A stretch of 64,000 bases of DNA from contig JBHGNT010000002.1 in assembly GCA_043228905.1 (NCBI GenBank), positions 13,516,001-13,580,000 on the forward strand, read 5' to 3'. The notes below the pieces were generated by a model. The model was not told the DNA's origin. It made no database searches and saw nothing but the letters and a program-made list of their open reading frames with translations. The translations under genes were made by a program, and so were the position numbers. Source of the DNA: Azolla caroliniana (lineage: Eukaryota > Plantae > Polypodiophyta). Within the stretch, counting starts at the first letter, position 1; every line of letters starts with the position of its first letter. Positions 13,046 through 24,223 of the stretch are shown piece after piece.

Positions 13046-16000
13046 TCATTCCTCGCCCGTCGGTTCTTCCTCGTTTCCGGATCGTTCGTCACTGCTGACT
13101 AGGAGAGCCGGGTCCGGCTCATCGTCATGTCGCTTCTTGAACGCTTTGATCTGCTTCCCTGCCACCGGTATCGCCACTCTCGTGCCGTCAAGTTCCGCCA
13201 GGTGATATGTCCCGTTGTCATTGGCGCTCCGTACCACGTAAGGCCCGAACCACCTTCGTGCAAACTTCCGTGTAGCCCGGTGCTGGTTGTCGAGGCTGCT
13301 ATCGTAGACGAGCACCCAGTCACCTTCTTCGATTTTATCCGGTCGGAGCCGGTGCGTTCGGTCGAACCTGGCTTTGTTCTTTGCCCTTGCCGCCCGGAGC
13401 CTCTCCGCAGCCAGTTCCACGTCCTCCGGTCTCCGCTCGAGTTGTCGTATACGCGCGGCCAACAACTCCTCCCGGCTCATCTCGTCCCTCCAATCGACCG
13501 TTGCCCATGAGGAGATCGTCCGTTCCATCGGCATGATCGGCTTCTGGCCGAACATGAGCTCCGTCGGCATGTACCCGGTTACCGAACTGTGCGTGGTCCG
13601 GTCTGCCCACAAAGCATACGGTAGCAGCCGCGGCCAGTTACCGACTTGGCCTCCGCATGCCCGAACCAACGCCTTGACGATCGGCCCGTGTCCGCGCTCC
13701 ACCTTCCCATTCGCCTCCGGATTGTACGCAGTGGTGAGCGAGAGCTTGACTCCCAGCCGGTCGAACAGCTCCGCGGCTTCTTCGGCGTCCAACTCCCCTC
13801 GGTCAGCCACGATCTTCCCGACGCACCCGTACCGGCATATCACGTCTTCGATTAGGAACCGGCATACGGCCGCGGTCGTTTTGTTCGGAAGGGCCCGGCC
13901 TTCCACCTGGTTCGTCAGATCCTCCCGCGCTAGGACCAGGTACCGCATCTGTCCTACTCCCATTGGCATCGTTACCAGATCTACCATCCATTTGAAGTGG
14001 ATGGTCGGAGGGTACGTGGGGTGAAGCTCGTCTTGATGTCGGACTATGGAGTGCATCTGACAGCTCTCGCAAGTTGTCACGAACCGATGCACGTCCTGGT
14101 ACTGCCCCGGCCACCAATACTTCCCCTTCAGTTTCTCAAACGTAGCCCATGTTCCACGGTGTCCAGCCCAAGGGCTGTCGTGGTAGGCCGTCAGCAGCTC
14201 CTCCTGTTCTTCCTTCATCGCCACCACCCGGAGCGGAGCGCCGTCCCTCTTCTTCGGGTGCTTCCATAGGTAGCCATCCCGGAGAAAGAACCGGTACGCT
14301 TTCCTCCGGATCCGGTTGGCCTCGTCCTTCGTCCATGACGCATCGGGCGTCATTGTCTTCAGAAACCCACCGATCTGCAGCCACTCCCCGTCGTACTTGC
14401 TCGCGTCGAAGTCGTTAAGCGCCGGAGTGCTTGTCCCGCCGGTTGTTACATACGCAGTCTCGAAGAAGTCCACGCCGACCTCTTTGTCCTCCGAGACCAT
14501 GCCGCCCTCGTCCTCGAATCTCGCCCTTGAAAGCATGTCGGCCATGGTGTTGTCTTTCCCGGAAATGTGTCGTATTACCGGGTCTAGGGACTTGATGTAC
14601 GCTATCCACCTGAGCATTGCCAGGTCCGGCGTCGCGCATCCGGAAACCATGCCGAGAATCGGCATGCAATCCGTCTCTATGATTACCTCCGTCCCGATCA
14701 GATAGTCCTTGTCGGCCTTCACCGCCGAAACGATACCCCAGAGTTCGCGTTTAACCTGGGCGTATCCTCGCTGCCGTTCGCTGAGGACCTTCGCGCCGAA
14801 TCGGATCGGAAACCGATTGCCGTCCTCGTCTTCTTGGTTGACGACCCACCCGATTCCGGTCGGACTCGTGTCAACCGTTATGTACACTGGGGTGCCCTTC
14901 CCGTAGACAGCCTTTCGGAGCGCCGGTGCTGCCGAAAGAGCCTCCTTCAGCTTCCGGACCGACTCCGCGTGCTTGTCTAGCCATTCGAATCTTCGCCCTT
15001 TCTTCAATAATCCGTACAGCGGCTCCGCGACGTGCGCGTAATGCGGGATCCATATGTGGTAGAAGGCGCATGCTCCCAAGAATCTTCGTACTTCCGTGAC
15101 CGAGCTGCAGTCAGGCTTCATCGCGGAGATGGCCTCTACCTTTGCCGGAGACGGTTTCCGGCCATATGGCCCGCACAAATGTCCGACCACCATGATTTCC
15201 GATTGCCCGAAGGCTGATTTCTCCCCCGAGAAGGTGAGCCTCGCAACCTCTAGCCTTTGCAGCACCTTCTCGCAGTCGCCGATGTGCGCCATCACGAATC
15301 GCCGGCATCCGTCCGGCCCGACCGTCTCGTCCTTCTCTTCTACCGGGCATCCCTTGATCGGGATGTCGTCTAGAAACGGCATGGTGATGTCCGGGATGCA
15401 GTCCCTCAGCACCTTGTTCATTGCATTCACCATGTGGGCCACCGAGTTGGTCCCTCCTTGCGGCAGCGTACACATCCGCACTAGGCCGAGGGGAGTTCGC
15501 ATCGTCGTGATGTCTCTGCTCTCCACGGCTAGCTGGAACTGGTCGTACCCCGAGTATAGATCACCGACCGAGTAAATCGACCTTCCGGCGAAGGCCTCCG
15601 CGAACTCGTCTATGGTCGGTCCGATCCCTGCGTTCCGAATGGTCACTCTATTGACCGGCTGCAGGTCCTGAATGAAGCGCAATGATCCGTTTTTCTTTGG
15701 CACGGTAAACCAGCGGTTTGAATACGGGGCGCTCGACGGCTCGAGAATGCCCATATCAACTTTCTGCTTCAACAGCTCCATCAACTTCGGGATGTGAGCT
15801 CTCGGAACCGAAATTGGCTTGAGATTCCACGGTACATGCGGTACCGTGAATATCACCATCGGCTCTACGATCGTCGGGTCCACGCACCCGATTTCCTCCG
15901 GCGAGAATGCGAAGGCTTTCCCGTGCCTTCCGAGCATTCTCCGGAACCGGTCTTCCTCCATCGGCAGTAGGAACCCGCCCCCACCGATCTTCAGCTCGCG

Positions 16001-16528
16001 GAGCGTCTCGTTGGTGAAGGTGTGTCCTATGCAGGCCGGATCTCGTAAGCTGGGGTCCGATGCAACCCCTTTGATTCGGGATTCGCTGCCCTCCGGTAAG
16101 GGCGCCGCAACTGGCCTCACCTTCCGGTCCACCGTCTTGTACTTGGTGCTCACTCGGGCCGTTCGTTCCGACTCGAGCCCTTGACCGAAGTCCGCGATGA
16201 CTTCGTACATTTCTTCGGAACATACCGGTATCGTCCGGTCTTCGTTAAGGTCTTCTTCGACTACCTTCCCCAACATCCCCAAGGTGTCGTCGAAGGAGAC
16301 TGCCTCCACGGCTCCGTTGATTTCTTCGTCAGGGCCGAGAACTCCGCACGCCCGAAGCCTCCCCTCCGTCTTTGTTTTCTCTCGGCCGGTGACGCCGACC
16401 ATCGTCCATGCTCCGCTGTCGGAGAAGCAAAATTTCCTACCTATTGTACACGGTTTTATCGTACAGATGTGGGGTTTTTCCGGAGCATCCGGACTGTCGC
16501 GGCCCCACGCCTTGGCAGTCCTCTCTAA
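13046..16528 (-). CDS. pol ORF (RT-RNase H-integrase), in the -1 frame relative to gag-PR; first ATG at 16402
   Basis: 1118 aa from the ATG: RT (DLYSGYDQ, LPQG, FLDD), RNase H (VDTSPTGIG), integrase (HHCC, VDLV, ADRG, PEANGKVERG, WFGPY). I checked that the frame is stop-free upstream to the gag stop. Confidence 0.95.
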   Translation of the reverse strand, partial: LERTAKAWGRDSPDAPEKPHICTIKPCTIGRKFCFSDSGAWTMVGVTGREKTKTEGRLRACGVLGPDEEINGAVEAVSFDDTLGMLGKVVEEDLNEDRTIPVCSEEMYEVIADFGQGLESERTARVSTKYKTVDRKVRPVAAPLPEGSESRIKGVASDPSLRDPACIGHTFTNETLRELKIGGGGFLLPMEEDRFRRMLGRHGKAFAFSPEEIGCVDPTIVEPMVIFTVPHVPWNLKPISVPRAHIPKLMELLKQKVDMGILEPSSAPYSNRWFTVPKKNGSLRFIQDLQPVNRVTIRNAGIGPTIDEFAEAFAGRSIYSVGDLYSGYDQFQLAVESRDITTMRTPLGLVRMCTLPQGGTNSVAHMVNAMNKVLRDCIPDITMPFLDDIPIKGCPVEEKDETVGPDGCRRFVMAHIGDCEKVLQRLEVARLTFSGEKSAFGQSEIMVVGHLCGPYGRKPSPAKVEAISAMKPDCSSVTEVRRFLGACAFYHIWIPHYAHVAEPLYGLLKKGRRFEWLDKHAESVRKLKEALSAAPALRKAVYGKGTPVYITVDTSPTGIGWVVNQEDEDGNRFPIRFGAKVLSERQRGYAQVKRELWGIVSAVKADKDYLIGTEVIIETDCMPILGMVSGCATPDLAMLRWIAYIKSLDPVIRHISGKDNTMADMLSRARFEDEGGMVSEDKEVGVDFFETAYVTTGGTSTPALNDFDASKYDGEWLQIGGFLKTMTPDASWTKDEANRIRRKAYRFFLRDGYLWKHPKKRDGAPLRVVAMKEEQEELLTAYHDSPWAGHRGTWATFEKLKGKYWWPGQYQDVHRFVTTCESCQMHSIVRHQDELHPTYPPTIHFKWMVDLVTMPMGVGQMRYLVLAREDLTNQVEGRALPNKTTAAVCRFLIEDVICRYGCVGKIVADRGELDAEEAAELFDRLGVKLSLTTAYNPEANGKVERGHGPIVKALVRACGGQVGNWPRLLPYALWADRTTHSSVTGYMPTELMFGQKPIMPMERTISSWATVDWRDEMSREELLAARIRQLERRPEDVELAAERLRAARAKNKARFDRTHRLRPDKIEEGDWVLVYDSSLDNQHRATRKFARRWFGPYVVRSANDNGTYHLAELDGTRVAIPVAGKQIKAFKKRHDDEPDPALLVSSDERSGNEEEPTGEE

Positions 16529-16534
16529 AAATCC
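16469..16534 (-). promoter_or_regulatory. Predicted -1 ribosomal frameshift signal (G_GAU_UUU, 6-nt spacer, pseudoknot)
   Basis: Heptamer 16534-16528 directly before the gag UAG; stems GGACUG/CAGUCC and GUGGGG/CCCCAC. Confidence 0.75.
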
Positions 16535-18651
16535 TCTCGGGTTTCGGAACCGAGGGAATCGCGGTTACGTTCGTGGTTCGGCCGTACCGTCAGAAACTGG
16601 ACCGAATGGCGCCCGTCTTGGCTTTTGACCCTCGCGTAGGCCGAACCGTTGTCCAGCACCTTGGTCTCCATTCGCGCCGCCGTGATGTACGGCTCTCCCA
16701 GAATGACCGGATGCGAAGACTTCTCCTGCACGAAGAAGTGCTGGTCAATCTCGACGTCGCCGATCTTGACTCGCACATTCGGACAGGCCCTGTGCAGTTC
16801 CTCGGTGGCGCGCGTTGCTGCCCTTATTTTCCACCCGTGCTTGGTGTTGATCGGCCATTTGCCCTTCTTATAGAAGTCCATGGACATCAAATTGATCTCC
16901 GATCCGTGGTCCACCAAGGCTATCACCGGTTCCTGGACATCGCCGATCTTCACCGGGGTTTCCGTGGTCGCTCGGGCCCAGTGTGGTCTCGAATAGTGGC
17001 TTTCCGCCCACTCGTCTCCCAGCGCCATGTCGTCTAGGTGCGTCGCCCGCACTTCCACCGGTCTTTCCGGTTCTGTCTCCGTCGACAGCCTCTTCCGTTT
17101 CACCAAGTCCACGATGGAGTCGTGGAACTCCTTCTTGGCGATTCCCAGCACCTCTCGTAACGACAGCTCCACCTTGCTGTCGAGGATCCGTTCCTCCAGG
17201 ACCTTTCGTAAGTCCGTGGTCCTTTCTATCTCCGTCCCCAGACGGTACCCGCCCTTCTGGGGTTTATCTTGCGTACCGGCCCCGCCGGCTTCGTCCCGTC
17301 GTGGCCCGGACCGGGTCTCGTATCGTTGTGAGGGCCCGGTCGTCCCGGGTCTCCCCACCCGCTTCTCTTCTACTAGAGCCTCGTAGTTCTGGCAAGCGGC
17401 TTCCACGAAGCCCGTCCTTTCCTCGACCGGGTCGCTCCACCCGGTCATCTCCCGTACCCGTTTCTCCGCACGGTCCGATTCCTCCCCTTTAAGCCTTGCA
17501 TCGGCAAGGCCTTCCAGCATCGTCGGCCAGAATCCGGCTTTGCTTCCCCCTCGGGCCTCGCCGCCCCCGACTCGAATGCCGGCCGACGCCGAGTAGTGGA
17601 CGGTTTCCACGTGTCGGGCCGCCGCCTCTTCCATCAACCTTTTCATACCACCTTTCCCGTCGTTTCGGCTCAGGGCCCTTCGGGTGTCGCTGGCATGCAC
17701 CCGTCCTTCCCACAGGTACACCACCCTGTCCCTTAGCGCCTCCACGAAGTCGCCGCAGTCCTTCCGAATGTGGCCGACTTCATCGCACCACATGCACCTG
17801 TTTCCTGCCGCCGGCCGTCGGTCACGAGCCGGTTCGCCACCTTCCCTTCGGGCTTGCGCGATTTGGAGGTCCTTTACCGCCCTCGTCAATTCCTCCAGCG
17901 CCGCTCCTCCGGTTGAGCCTCTGACTACGCCGGTCGAAGCCGAACCGGTTTCCAACCACCCCTGGGTCTCTTCCTTGCGCACCTGTGGCGCTGGTTCAAG
18001 CTTCCTTGCTGCGACCGAGCCCGACCCGGTCGCCCCGTTATCCGCCCATTCTCGTCGTTTGTCGAAACGGCCACAGACCTTCCTAACAGCCGCCCAGTCG
18101 GTAGTGAGCCCGTCTTCGGTTTCCAGCAAGAGGCCCACTTGCTCCCGATCCCGCTCGTCGACCGACTTGACAAACAGCAAGACCCGGCTCGTGTCCAGGA
18201 TGGTTCGGTCGAGCGCCGAAAGGCGCGCAAAGTTTTCCTCGAACTCCCGGAGGAGCGCCGACGCGTTTCTTCCCTTCCCCGGGGACTCCACCCATTCCAT
18301 GAACCTTCGCTTCGAAAGCCGGAGCGCGTCGTCCAGCCCGTATTTCTCTAGGAGCCGACCTTCGAACTCCTCCCAGGTACGGCTCTCCGTCCGCACCTCG
18401 AGCACCTCCGCATGGATGCTCGGCATCGCCACTCGGGGAAATCCGGCAAGACGCCTTTCTTCCGGAATGTCCCGCATCAGCATCTCTGCACCGTAGGACG
18501 CCAAATACTTCGTGGCATCCTTCCCGTCGAACCGGCCGATCGTGCCGACGACCGCCTCAATAGCTCTGTCGAGGGCACCGGTGATCTCGCGCGCGTTTAC
18601 AATCCGATCCACGGCCGAAGCCATGGCCTCTGCGAGGTCCGACCCCTTCAT
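16525..18651 (-). CDS. gag-protease ORF (708 aa from ATG 18651)
   Basis: Zn knuckle CMWCDEVGHIRKDC; aspartic protease ALVDHGSEINLM...ILGEPY in the same ORF; no stops. Confidence 0.93.
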   Translation of the reverse strand: MKGSDLAEAMASAVDRIVNAREITGALDRAIEAVVGTIGRFDGKDATKYLASYGAEMLMRDIPEERRLAGFPRVAMPSIHAEVLEVRTESRTWEEFEGRLLEKYGLDDALRLSKRRFMEWVESPGKGRNASALLREFEENFARLSALDRTILDTSRVLLFVKSVDERDREQVGLLLETEDGLTTDWAAVRKVCGRFDKRREWADNGATGSGSVAARKLEPAPQVRKEETQGWLETGSASTGVVRGSTGGAALEELTRAVKDLQIAQARREGGEPARDRRPAAGNRCMWCDEVGHIRKDCGDFVEALRDRVVYLWEGRVHASDTRRALSRNDGKGGMKRLMEEAAARHVETVHYSASAGIRVGGGEARGGSKAGFWPTMLEGLADARLKGEESDRAEKRVREMTGWSDPVEERTGFVEAACQNYEALVEEKRVGRPGTTGPSQRYETRSGPRRDEAGGAGTQDKPQKGGYRLGTEIERTTDLRKVLEERILDSKVELSLREVLGIAKKEFHDSIVDLVKRKRLSTETEPERPVEVRATHLDDMALGDEWAESHYSRPHWARATTETPVKIGDVQEPVIALVDHGSEINLMSMDFYKKGKWPINTKHGWKIRAATRATEELHRACPNVRVKIGDVEIDQHFFVQEKSSHPVILGEPYITAARMETKVLDNGSAYARVKSQDGRHSVQFLTVRPNHERNRDSLGSETREDF

Positions 18652-18673
18652 CTTCTGCTCTTCTGCCGCCTCT

Positions 18674-18691
18674 TTCACGTCGGGTTCACCA
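18674..18691 (-). promoter_or_regulatory. Primer binding site complementary to tRNA-Trp 3' end
   Basis: TGGTGAACCCGACGTGAA, 4 nt from the 5' LTR; complementary to ...TTCACGTCGGGTTCACCA, the plant cytosolic tRNA-Trp 3' end as I recall it. Confidence 0.9.
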
Positions 18692-18695
18692 AATA

Positions 18696-19103
18696 TGTCG
18701 AGATATTACGCAAGTGCGTGTGAAAATGAGGCGGGACCGCGGGGGTCTCGAACCAAAGAGCAAGCAAGGGAGGAGAAAGAGAGAGAACCGGCTACGCAGG
18801 ACCGGGGATACGCAGGGACACGGCCCTTCAGCACGGAGAACGCGAACAGACACCGACACAGACAGATGCGAATGACTAAATATGTGTATTAACAAAAATG
18901 GCTAACACGACTACAACCCTCGATGGGGCACAGGTTGTTTACAACCGAACAGGCCGGCGAACAGATGCCGATGCCTGTTCGCTCCGACGCACAAACGGGG
19001 TAGCAGGTCGGAGGTGCTGCCGGAAGCACTCGGGCGTTCCTCGAAACAACGCGAGCCTCCTCGGAACCCTGCACAGAAGCTATGGAGCTCGAGAAGGAAG
19101 GAA

Positions 19104-19138
<35 letters not shown>

Positions 19139-19501
19139 CGCCCAGAAACGGTCCGTCAGCACTTCGTCCTCTCCGCGCGAGATGCCTGCAACAGCTCTTT
19201 CCTGCTCCTTATATAGGCCGACGAGCAGGCCGTCATGTCAGCTTTATTCCCTGTCCCTTTTGGACAGGGATCCGCTCCGTTTTTCACGCATCCGCGTAGT
19301 TACGCCGCCGACTCGTACAGTTCGCGCGCGCGACCGAAAAGACTGTTCGCGCGGTCTTTGTCTCCACTTGAGTTAGGGCCCATCCCTGCCGATTATCCTC
19401 CTAATTCGCTTCTATGTACAACTTGGAGCTTGCGCGCGCGAAGAACCGGTTCCCACGCCTTGGTGCGCCGATTCCGCCTATGGACGGTTTTCTTCACGAC
19501 A
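18696..19501 (-). repeat. 5' LTR of the intact Trp-family element (806 bp)
   Basis: Direct repeat of 12165-12974. Confidence 0.97.
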
Positions 19502-21865
19502 ACGTGACCCTGAATAACGAATGGTTTTCGAACTATTCGGCTGGCACCAACGACACAATTCGACTAGGCAACAAGCAAGAGTGCGTAATCGCAAGGATTG
19601 GAAAGGTCCCCATCCAATTGCCAAATGACAATACCATCACCCTGCACCAAGTCCAATTTGGTCTCCATCGGCATGTTAGTCAAAGACGAGTACAGAATGA
19701 CTCTCAGTGAGTCATCATGGATGATGAACCGAGGAAATCTAAAAATCGGGATGGCGCCACACAGATATATGGGGACTGATGCCTGAAAGGTCACTAGGAG
19801 GTTCCTGATACTTCATCACATTTGTAGATGATTGTACATGGAAGGTCTGGGCCTACTCAATTAGGTCAAAAGATGAAGTGCTCAAGGTCTTCACCCAGTG
19901 GATAGCTGAAGTGGAGAACTGATTGGGATACCGAGCGAAGACATTATGATCTGACAATGGAGGTGAATACACCTCCCGGACCTTCAAATAGTACTTGTCT
20001 GACAAAGGGATTCGGCACCCAAAGATTGTTCCCTACACACCCATGCAGAATGGATCAACTAGATGATCCAAGAGAGGGTGATGGCAATGCTCTAGCACTC
20101 CAGAGTAAAGCTAGAATTCTGGGTTGAGGCACCAAAGACGACCATCTATTTGATAAATCTATCACCGTCGAAGGAAGTGCAGCTCAAAGTGCCACAAGCA
20201 CTATGATTAGGCAAAAAACTGACCTATGACAGATTTTGTATATTCGGATGCGAAGCCTATGCATTCATCCCCAGGGACAACAGGAGAAAGTTGGCACCCC
20301 ATGCAACCAAAATTGGTTGGCAAAAAGGTTTCCTTTGAAATTGATAGAGATGTCGTTGAAGGACCGATCCACCGGGCTGAATCAGAAATTTGATAAACAA
20401 TCGAAGAAAACCAAGCCAACGATCCCTTTGCCGAATCCGAATTGGCAAGAGGTCGAAATAGATTCAACTAAGAGATTGATAAGAGGTGAAAGAGATAGAG
20501 TCAAAACAACCAAATCACCCAAACAAGCGAAGGTACTAAAAGGTCGGACAGAACCGACCAAGGAACTAACCAATCCGTCCATCGATCCCAAACAAAGTGA
20601 GGATGATTTGACATCGTCAAAATCCTATTGCAGAGGCAAATCATTGAAAATGACTCCTAAAGATGGTTCAAGACATACCAATCAACCAACAGAGATGATC
20701 GAAGAATCTGAACCGAACACATCGACACTCAAGAGATCCAGACAAGTTTGAAGGCTAATAGAGTTCTATCAATCGGACCTCGACTACGTCAACTACATGG
20801 ACATAGGCGAACCAAGCTTTTACGAGACATTTACATGTCTCAACCGGCAGGCGTCACGGTGACGAGGGAGGAAAGTCACCTCGTATGTCGACTGAAGAAA
20901 AGACTGAGGATGTGGTACTAGACCCTAAACCACTGAGGATGTGGTACTAGAAGTTCAACTCCTACATCATGTAGCTTGGTTACTACCGATCTGACTTTGA
21001 CCCATGTATGTATACTCGGCAACTAGCCGATGAGTCTTGGACCTATATGGTCCTATACGTCGACGACATGCTAATTGCAGGGAGCAATCAAGACGAAATC
21101 GGAAAGCTAAAACGAAGCCTTCATGAGAAATGTGCAATGAAGGAACTCGGACAAGCCCGACACATACTGGACATGAGGATTGAGAGAAATCAGAAGCCAA
21201 AGACTCTCCGGCTCTCCTAGTCTGACTATATCTGAAAGGTGCGGAGGCGCTTCAATAAGGAAAATTTGAAGCCAACACCAACACTTCTTCTGACGTCAAT
21301 CCGACTGTCGGACAGAGACTCTTCTTCGACGGATAGGGAGAGAGAGCTCAATAGGAAGATATCCCACGCATCAGCCGTAGGAAGCATGATGTATGCGATG
21401 GCGCCATCTTGACCCAACCTTACGTATGCCGTAGGGGTCGTCAGCCGATATATGTTGAACCCGAGATGGAAGCATTGGGAGACCATCAAGCACATCTTCA
21501 GGTATCTAAGAGGAACCGAAGATGTACAATTGACTTTCGGATTAGCAAATCTGACCAAAGTCAAAGGCTATACCGACTCCGACTATGCCGGAAATACGAA
21601 AAATCGGAAGTCGACCTCAGGCCATCTTTTCACCTATGGTGGTAGCGCCATATCATGGAGGCCCAAGCTTCAAGAGTGCATGACCCTGTCTACCACAGAG
21701 GCCAAGTACATATCAGCATCAGATGCAACGAAGGAAGCAATCTGGCTGCACCAATGGTCACCAGACTTCTCAACGACAAAACGAATCGACCATCCAACAC
21801 CAACCATGTATTGTGACCCTCAGAGCGCTATACACCTCATTCGAAATCTAGTCTATTATGCAAAG

Positions 21866-24200
21866 TGTTATTCATGGGACAAAATGCACGAGGTGTGGAA
21901 AGAATCTTAAAAAGTAAATTGTGAAATGGTATGAGTAGGTCAAGTATGAAAAGGAGAAACGATCCGAGCACTGGCAGCTGAGGAAGGTAAACCAAAATGC
22001 ATGCAACCGTGAATAAAGGCCGAGAATTAGGGGGAAGTAGCTGAAGCGTGTAGGCTATATAAATCATTAAGGCGTGGAAGGAAAGTGAGACAAAAGATAT
22101 CATGTGACGAGCCAAAGTGATAAGAATCTAAATTAGAAGACCTGTACTAAGAGAGAGAGTTACCGATTTACAATCACTTTGTATCCTCTTGTAATCTTTT
22201 CTATTCCAAAGTTAATACATATACTATTTGGGTCATCTTTGTGACTGTCTCATCTAAATCCTATTCTTGATTATGTTGTTTAACCTATAAGATGTGGAGT
22301 GCAAATTGGTTGTAGCCGGTTATCGTAAATGGTTTGGCCCAACTCGGCCCTATCTTAATCTCCTACGTGACCACGATTCCTTGACCCGATTACTCAGGAG
22401 AGTAATTGAAGGTGTTTCTCCAAGAGGGAGATAACACAATTTGGCACGCCCTGTTCACGCTGTGAGAACACAGTGAACAACACATTGAGGAAATCCTAGT
22501 TTCCATAACGACGCCTAGCCGCGGTATACGTTCTCGGCTACCATCCTACCGAGCCGAACCAGACGAGCACATCTCTGACTCCACCCTCACGCAACAAGTG
22601 CCACCAGAATAATCCATGTCACACCACTCCCCCTTGTCGATCCTAGACGCTCACTCGACCGTGGGTTCTGACCACGTCTCGCCTCGTAGTCCCCCCGAAG
22701 TCACCCAAGCGGAATACAACCCCTTTCCGGCGTTACCTGAAGATCTAGGCTTCGAAATCATGCCGTATTTGTATCAATGTTACACGGATGGCCCCGATGC
22801 AGAATCACACATTTGCACCTTGTCAACATGGCAAGACAACCACTCGATGTAGTGTCTGACTGTTGCCGAGGCAGACTCGTCCAAAATCGCGGATTTCACA
22901 TTGTCCCTCGATGGACCCACTGCGCACTGGTATTCCTGGCACGACCTGGGAGAATTCGCGACGTTTCAAGACGTTCACAATCGATTCCTAGAACTATTCC
23001 ATCGAGAGATACCCAAGTGAGAACTCCTCTGTTAGTTCTACGCAATTGCACAGGAGCCGAATGAAACAGTCTCCCAGTTCACGATCTACTTCAAGGATCT
23101 TTATCGTCAGCTCGCTCAAGATGTGTCTGTGAATCATCTAAAGGATACATTCCTCGCAAGATTACGGGAGCCTCGTCGCACGACTCTCACCTTAACTGAC
23201 TTCTCCCAACAAACAATCGAGCAGGTGGTCGCCCGCGTCTTCGCTTTGAACAGAGCTCATAATAGTACATCTTTTTTTATGGGCTTGCTCCAAACCGCCT
23301 TGCCGACACAGGAAGAAACCCAATTTCGGCAGGCAACTACAATGCATGACATGCTTGAATTCTGGCCACTTGGCCGTTGATTGCGCTTTACGACCACATT
23401 GGCTGATCTGCCACTCCCGGGCACATGTGGTAGTACAGTGGGAATATAATATGGTCAAACTGTTGCCCCGATATGCCAAATCGAAGCCTGCCGGAATCAT
23501 CCTTAACAGGATGATCATAATCGTCCGCCACCTAGATTTCGGGAAGCCGAGCAACCCAGGTATGAAGATCAATACTGACGTGATGATAGGTATCAGCCCG
23601 AGGAGGATCTCTATCGGCTAGAAAATCAGTACCAGCCCGAGGAAGATCGTTATCGGCCTAGGGAGAACCGCTCCCGACCAGTGGATGACTACTACTGTTA
23701 TGATCACGATCGGGATGGCGATTACGAACTGAGATATCATCCCGACCAAAGGCATGATCGGCGGCCTCCCCAACATAATTAAGGTCATCAAAAATCAGGA
23801 AATAATCGACGACTTCCGAATAATCGACGTTGGGACCCACCGCATCCAGATCATCATCGAATGCCTCCCCACACCGAGCCTCACAATGATTGCCACCGAG
23901 CGTAGTAGTACATCGCGTCGTCTAGAGAAGAAAACCCCTGTATCAAACAACTCAATTCGAGCAAGGAGAATTAAGCAACTCGGCGGTGGTCACGTGTTTT
24001 AATTGTAATCAACGCGGGCATTATGCCACACAGTGTATGACCAATGATCACGGCAAAGGACCCGCAATAAATAACATTACGGCTGAAGTCAAATAGGTCA
24101 CAAGAAGAAGCAAGGCGCAACACATGCAATGGGAACTCCAGGATGAAGTCTGGAAAGCCGTTGTCATGAAAATCTGTCACTATGTGCAGATCGTGAGGTG
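21866..24200 (+). mobile_element. Arg-family gypsy: 5' LTR (21866-22436), PBS TGGCACGCCC (22442-22451), degenerate gag
   Basis: TGTTAT...ATAACA LTR followed by a tRNA-Arg(UCU)-type PBS; gag remnants similar to 34550-35150. Right boundary approximate. Confidence 0.8.
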
Positions 24201-24223
24201 GAACCGCCGGGGTTATGGACATG

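Larger units (their letters stand above)
12165..19501 (-). mobile_element. Intact, very young Ty3/gypsy LTR retrotransposon (tRNA-Trp PBS, 4-bp TSD ACGT)
   Basis: LTRs 12165-12974 and 18696-19501 differ, as far as I can see by eye, by one substitution plus (AG)n length; TSD ACGT at 12161-12164 and 19502-19505; two uninterrupted ORFs; PBS and PPT present. Confidence 0.97.
10400..21865 (+). mobile_element. Degenerate Ty1/copia element (Tnt1-like gag), interrupted by the Trp-family gypsy and truncated in RNase H by another LTR
   Basis: Met-i-type PBS TGGTATCA at about 10732 after ...catca; gag KFDGKNFFLWK; Zn knuckle CTHCRKTNH; PR WILDS; integrase 19800-20300; RT YVDDMLI; RNase H GYTDSDYAG...STTEAKY. 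Left LTR boundary approximate. Confidence 0.85.

Noticed and set aside
13099-18892. Many long plus-strand and alternate-frame ORFs inside the intact gypsy
   Set aside because: Shadow ORFs expected from GC-rich coding sequence; no recognisable motifs.
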